Below, one piece after another: positions 60,765 to 64,000 of a stretch of DNA of 64,000 nucleotides. Source of the stretch: Planctomycetota bacterium (lineage in GTDB: Bacteria > Planctomycetota > GCA-002687715 > DRQF01). Numbering within the stretch: position 1 is the first letter of the stretch; every line of letters starts with the position of its first letter. Location of the stretch: contig JAZGFI010000288.1 in NCBI GenBank assembly GCA_036479435.1, positions 9,498 through 73,497 of the forward strand, given 5' to 3'. Both the position numbers and the translations under genes were made by a program. The notes beneath the pieces are model-generated. The model saw nothing but the letters and a program-made list of their open reading frames with translations. It was not told where the DNA came from and did no database searches.

Positions 60765-61210
60765 TTTACGTGTATGGGACACAACCTCGGCCATGTAAAT
60801 TGTTGTTTGTTTCGTTTTGCGAGATGTCGCGACAAAGGTTTGGGGCTTGGCTATCAGGTCGCCAAGCTCTCAAAACTTCGTGACTTCACTTACTCCTAGG
60901 CAGCCAGAACAGTTTTCGTTCGATGTGCTCTTCGTCGGAATGGTCTTCATAGAGACCTGCGCCAGTTTCATGGGGCTTTTCGCCGCCGATTTCGAACCGC
61001 GACTGGGATTCCGAGCCAGAAATCATCTTTCACTTGCCACCCTATAGGGGATGCACGCGAAAATCAAGGTGCGGCAATTCCCGTAAGCCCACGGATCACC
61101 GCTAGATGCGGGAATCCACCTCATGATAGCCCAGCGACTTCAGATCTCTAAGATATTGTCGCAGCCGACCTTACTAACGATGACATAAGTCCGATGTGAG
61201 CAAGAAGCGA

Positions 61211-62410
61211 TTAATCTACAGGAGCACGAATCTTCTCATTTACTGGTAGCCGGCGGGCGATGGCCCAAGTCACCAAGAGAAAGCCGGTCCCCATGAGGCC
61301 GTCGTGGAACGAGTCGGTCCCCCAGATCCACTCCTGGGATCCCCTAAGATCATCGCTTATCTTGCGGCCGACACCTCTCGCGACGTACCAGCCCGCGTGC
61401 AAGCCCATGCTCAGCCACAGTGTGCCCCTTTGAACGCGAAGACTGGCTAGTATCCAACCGACGGTCGCGAGCCCCAAGAGACGCTGGGGTGCGACCACGA
61501 GTTCTCGGAGACCCTCCGCCATGGCGAGGAGAGCTTGCGCCCCTATGCTCACCGTCGAGCTGTCGAACAGCGTTTCTTTCGGAATCTTTAAGTAGTGACC
61601 CAGCGCAAAGAACAGGGCGGTGGCGGCGACGCGACGGCCCAGAACCTCGAACAGAAATCCGAAGAACAATAAGTCTTGGAGCATATTGACGATCGGCGAA
61701 GCCAACAGGTAGCCGAGGAAGTCGACGCTGCGGTCGAAGGCGTCAAAAGTCAGGGCTTGGCGCTGGCCAAGGAGAGTCAGAAAAGTCATGTAGACCCCAA
61801 GACTGACGAGGCCCAGCGCTAAGCCTCGGAGCCAATCCCAGGGTGCTCGCCCCGCGGTCGCCAAGCCACACTCATGACGCCAATGGCGGCGCTTGAGGCT
61901 GAACCACCATAATCCGAACAAGAACATGAGGCTCAGGGCGTACTGTGCGGCCTTGCGGATGACACGCGTCTCGCGGGCGCGGTTATGGGCGACTCCTTCA
62001 AAACGACTGTGGCCGGCGTTCTCGGCGCCATCCACGAGCCGCCAGGTGCCCACCGACATCGAGGATGGCTCGCTGTACCTTAGTTTTCCGTCCTCAAGGC
62101 TGAGCCGTACCTGGTTTTGCTGCCGGTTGATGACTTCGAAGAGCTGCTCCCAGGTCCGTCCATCCGCGGTCTTGCCGTAGTGGAAAATCGCGACCGGGGA
62201 ATCAGGACGATCGTCGCCTATCAGCATGATTCGATCGGAATCCCGGTACTTGCTGGTTACGGCATTGGTATCGCCAATGCGGTCGCTGGGCTTTAGAGTT
62301 CTTGTGAGCCCAAGCTCCAGCTTCACGAGGGGCGTGACCACACAAACGCTGAGCAGAGCCAAAGCCAATGCTTTGAGCAAGCGCTTGCCCTGGAATTGCG
62401 TTGTCGCCAT
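61211..62410 (-). CDS. CPBP (CAAX/Abi) family intramembrane protease-like protein with an N-terminal extramembrane domain
   Basis: Multiple TMs, FFALGH and GTLWLSMGLHAGW; motif 1 is degenerate (QDLLFFG). Start placed at ATG 62410, uncertain. Confidence 0.7.
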   Translation of the reverse strand: MATTQFQGKRLLKALALALLSVCVVTPLVKLELGLTRTLKPSDRIGDTNAVTSKYRDSDRIMLIGDDRPDSPVAIFHYGKTADGRTWEQLFEVINRQQNQVRLSLEDGKLRYSEPSSMSVGTWRLVDGAENAGHSRFEGVAHNRARETRVIRKAAQYALSLMFLFGLWWFSLKRRHWRHECGLATAGRAPWDWLRGLALGLVSLGVYMTFLTLLGQRQALTFDAFDRSVDFLGYLLASPIVNMLQDLLFFGFLFEVLGRRVAATALFFALGHYLKIPKETLFDSSTVSIGAQALLAMAEGLRELVVAPQRLLGLATVGWILASLRVQRGTLWLSMGLHAGWYVARGVGRKISDDLRGSQEWIWGTDSFHDGLMGTGFLLVTWAIARRLPVNEKIRAPVD

Positions 62411-62482
62411 CGACTCGTCGACCTCACAAATGTCCACCAAAGAACGGCTGGCTCCGGGTTCCCCGGTCGCTATCATGAACAA

Positions 62483-63100
62483 ATGGTTTACTTATCCAAG
62501 ATCTACACGCGAACTGGCGACGATGGCACGACTGGCTTGGGCGACGGGACGCGAGTCCCCAAGACCCATCCGCGGATCAAAAGTTATGGCTGTGCTGACG
62601 AACTGGGCGCGGTCATCGGCCTTGCTGCCAGTTTCAACCAAGACGAAGAGATGGTCGAACTCCTGCGCCGGATTCAGAATGACCTCTTTGACCTCGGCGC
62701 CGATCTTTGTGTGCCCTTGTCAAAGGAAACCACTAAGGAAGTTGAATCGTCAGCCGGTGAATCCAAGGCTCCCGCCCCCAAAGCGCTGCGTGTCGCCGCA
62801 GCACAGGTCTTAAGGCTTGAGGGCGAAATTGATGTGATGAACGAGAGTCTTAAGCCGCTGAAGAGTTTTGTGCTTTCCGGCGGCAACGCGGTTGGCGCCC
62901 ATCTTCACCATGCGCGTTGTGTCGCTCGCCGCTGCGAACGCGACGTCTTGGCGCTCGCCGACATCGAGACGATTAATCCCGTCGTGGCACGCTACCTAAA
63001 CCGACTCTCCGATTGGTTGTTTGTCGCCGCGCGTTTCGCGAATCAGCGGGATGGTTCCGAAGTCCTTTGGAAGCCGGGCGAACAGCAGAACGAGGCGTGA
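62483..63100 (+). CDS. cob(I)alamin adenosyltransferase, PduO type
   Basis: KIYTRTGDDGTTGL, YGCADEL, IQNDLFDLGADL, ARRCER and YLNRLSDWLFVAAR. Confidence 0.94.
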   Translation: MVYLSKIYTRTGDDGTTGLGDGTRVPKTHPRIKSYGCADELGAVIGLAASFNQDEEMVELLRRIQNDLFDLGADLCVPLSKETTKEVESSAGESKAPAPKALRVAAAQVLRLEGEIDVMNESLKPLKSFVLSGGNAVGAHLHHARCVARRCERDVLALADIETINPVVARYLNRLSDWLFVAARFANQRDGSEVLWKPGEQQNEA

Positions 63101-63804
63101 GCGAGTTCGAGAGTCGCGCGGGTATCACCGATGCCGAGCCCTGTCCGTATCTTCCCGATCGCCAGTGGCAGAGTTTCATTCTTCAGCCGGCGGGCCCCCT
63201 TAGCGCCGAGATTCATGAGGCGATGCTCGACCAGGGTTTTCGTCGAATGGGGCAGTTGTTGTTTAGGCCCTTGTGCCCGACCTGCAGCGCTTGCCGTTCG
63301 CTTCGACTCGACGTCAACAAGTTCGCTCTCAACAAAAGCCGGCGGCGTTTGATGCGTCGCAATGCAGACTTGACGGTGGAGCTGGCTCCTCCGCAGTACT
63401 CAGAAGAAAAACGGGCTCTGCTCGAACGTTACTTAGACGCGCGTCATGTCGGGCCGATGGTGGCCGAAGAGCAGTCCATGTTGCAGTACATGTTCTCGGG
63501 CACTGACCACAGTTACGAATTCAGCTACCGCGACGCCGACGAACGTCTGATCGGGCTGGGCCTTTTCGACTTGACGGCCAACGTCGGCAGCTCGGTTTAC
63601 TTTTACTTCGAACCCGCGGAATCAAGACGGTCGCTTGGCACCTACTCGATGCTGCGCGAGATCGAGTTCACAAAAAACGCCGGGGCGCGTTGGTTTCACC
63701 CGGGGTTTTATATCGAGGGTTGCGCGGCCATGGACTATAAAGCTCGGTTTCAGCCCGCCGAGATCATGGACGAGAATCGGCTTTGGGGGCCGTTTTCGAC
63801 CTAA
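63097..63804 (+). CDS. arginyl-tRNA-protein transferase family (Ate/Bpt)
   Basis: PCPYLP, GFRRMG..LFRPLCPTCSAC, SSVYFYFEP, SLGTYSMLREI, GFYIEGC and MDYK. GTG start overlaps the upstream stop. Confidence 0.9.
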   Translation: MSEFESRAGITDAEPCPYLPDRQWQSFILQPAGPLSAEIHEAMLDQGFRRMGQLLFRPLCPTCSACRSLRLDVNKFALNKSRRRLMRRNADLTVELAPPQYSEEKRALLERYLDARHVGPMVAEEQSMLQYMFSGTDHSYEFSYRDADERLIGLGLFDLTANVGSSVYFYFEPAESRRSLGTYSMLREIEFTKNAGARWFHPGFYIEGCAAMDYKARFQPAEIMDENRLWGPFST

Positions 63805-64000
63805 GCTCCTTGGCCCAAGCGACGAGCAAGCGCGCGTCTTCGCGGAGGCCGGCTTCGACTTCCTCTTTGGACGCGTTCGCGATCCAAAGCCCGCTGTCGA
63901 TGAAGACGCGCTCTGTCAGTTTGCTGAGGCGCGGATCATTGGGGATCGTCTCGCAAAGGTAGTCACCGAAAAACGCCGCCAAGCCGAAGTCTTCCTTCAC
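63764..64000 (-). CDS. 3' end of a hypothetical protein running off the window
   Basis: Open frame to the window edge, convergent with the transferase. No motif recognised. Confidence 0.4.
   Translation of the reverse strand: MKEDFGLAAFFGDYLCETIPNDPRLSKLTERVFIDSGLWIANASKEEVEAGLREDARLLVAWAKELRSKTAPKADSRP

Noticed and set aside
60817..61047. 76-aa ORF in the lpxA-CPBP gap
   Set aside because: TTG start, no clear RBS or motif, and atypical composition; cannot be supported.

Overview
A GC-rich, gene-dense 64 kb piece of bacterial core chromosome with about 48 CDS. I found no rRNA, tRNA, CRISPR array, transposase, integrase or phage genes. The organism is a diderm with LPS (lpxA, lptE, bamD) and peptidoglycan-precursor genes (glmM, alr). 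The many HEAT/TPR solenoid proteins and the gene orders hemolysin-recO-bamD-lptE and manC-ruvX suggest Planctomycetota; this is an inference. Recognisable genes: an HscC-type Hsp70 with a J-domain partner, thiC, Smr, a TrmJ/TrmH methyltransferase, mscL, korAB, gpsA-plsY, hydantoinase/oxoprolinase A+B, hutI with a cyclodeaminase, ftsH-folP-cdaA-cdaR-glmM-alr, an AsmA-like protein, manC, ruvX, rpsO-pnp, lpxA, a PduO-type adenosyltransferase and an Ate/Bpt aminoacyl-transferase. Most notable observations: (1) three unrelated secreted proteins share a similar C-terminal domain, a candidate sorting signal; (2) a TPR-HscC-J(KPE) chaperone module, plus a 1658-aa TPR protein paired with a degenerate J-like protein; (3) a candidate ~100-nt sRNA or lpxA attenuator with its own promoter, a CU-rich anti-SD-like seed and a terminator; (4) a dispersed 32-40 bp intergenic repeat, a separate REP-like palindrome and a recurring TAA-N19-TTA intergenic motif; (5) a HEAT protein carrying a secretin-like segment; (6) catalytic-motif variants in CdaA (RHR to RHS) and a CPBP protease (EE to QD). 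All family calls come from motif recognition by eye; no database searches were run.
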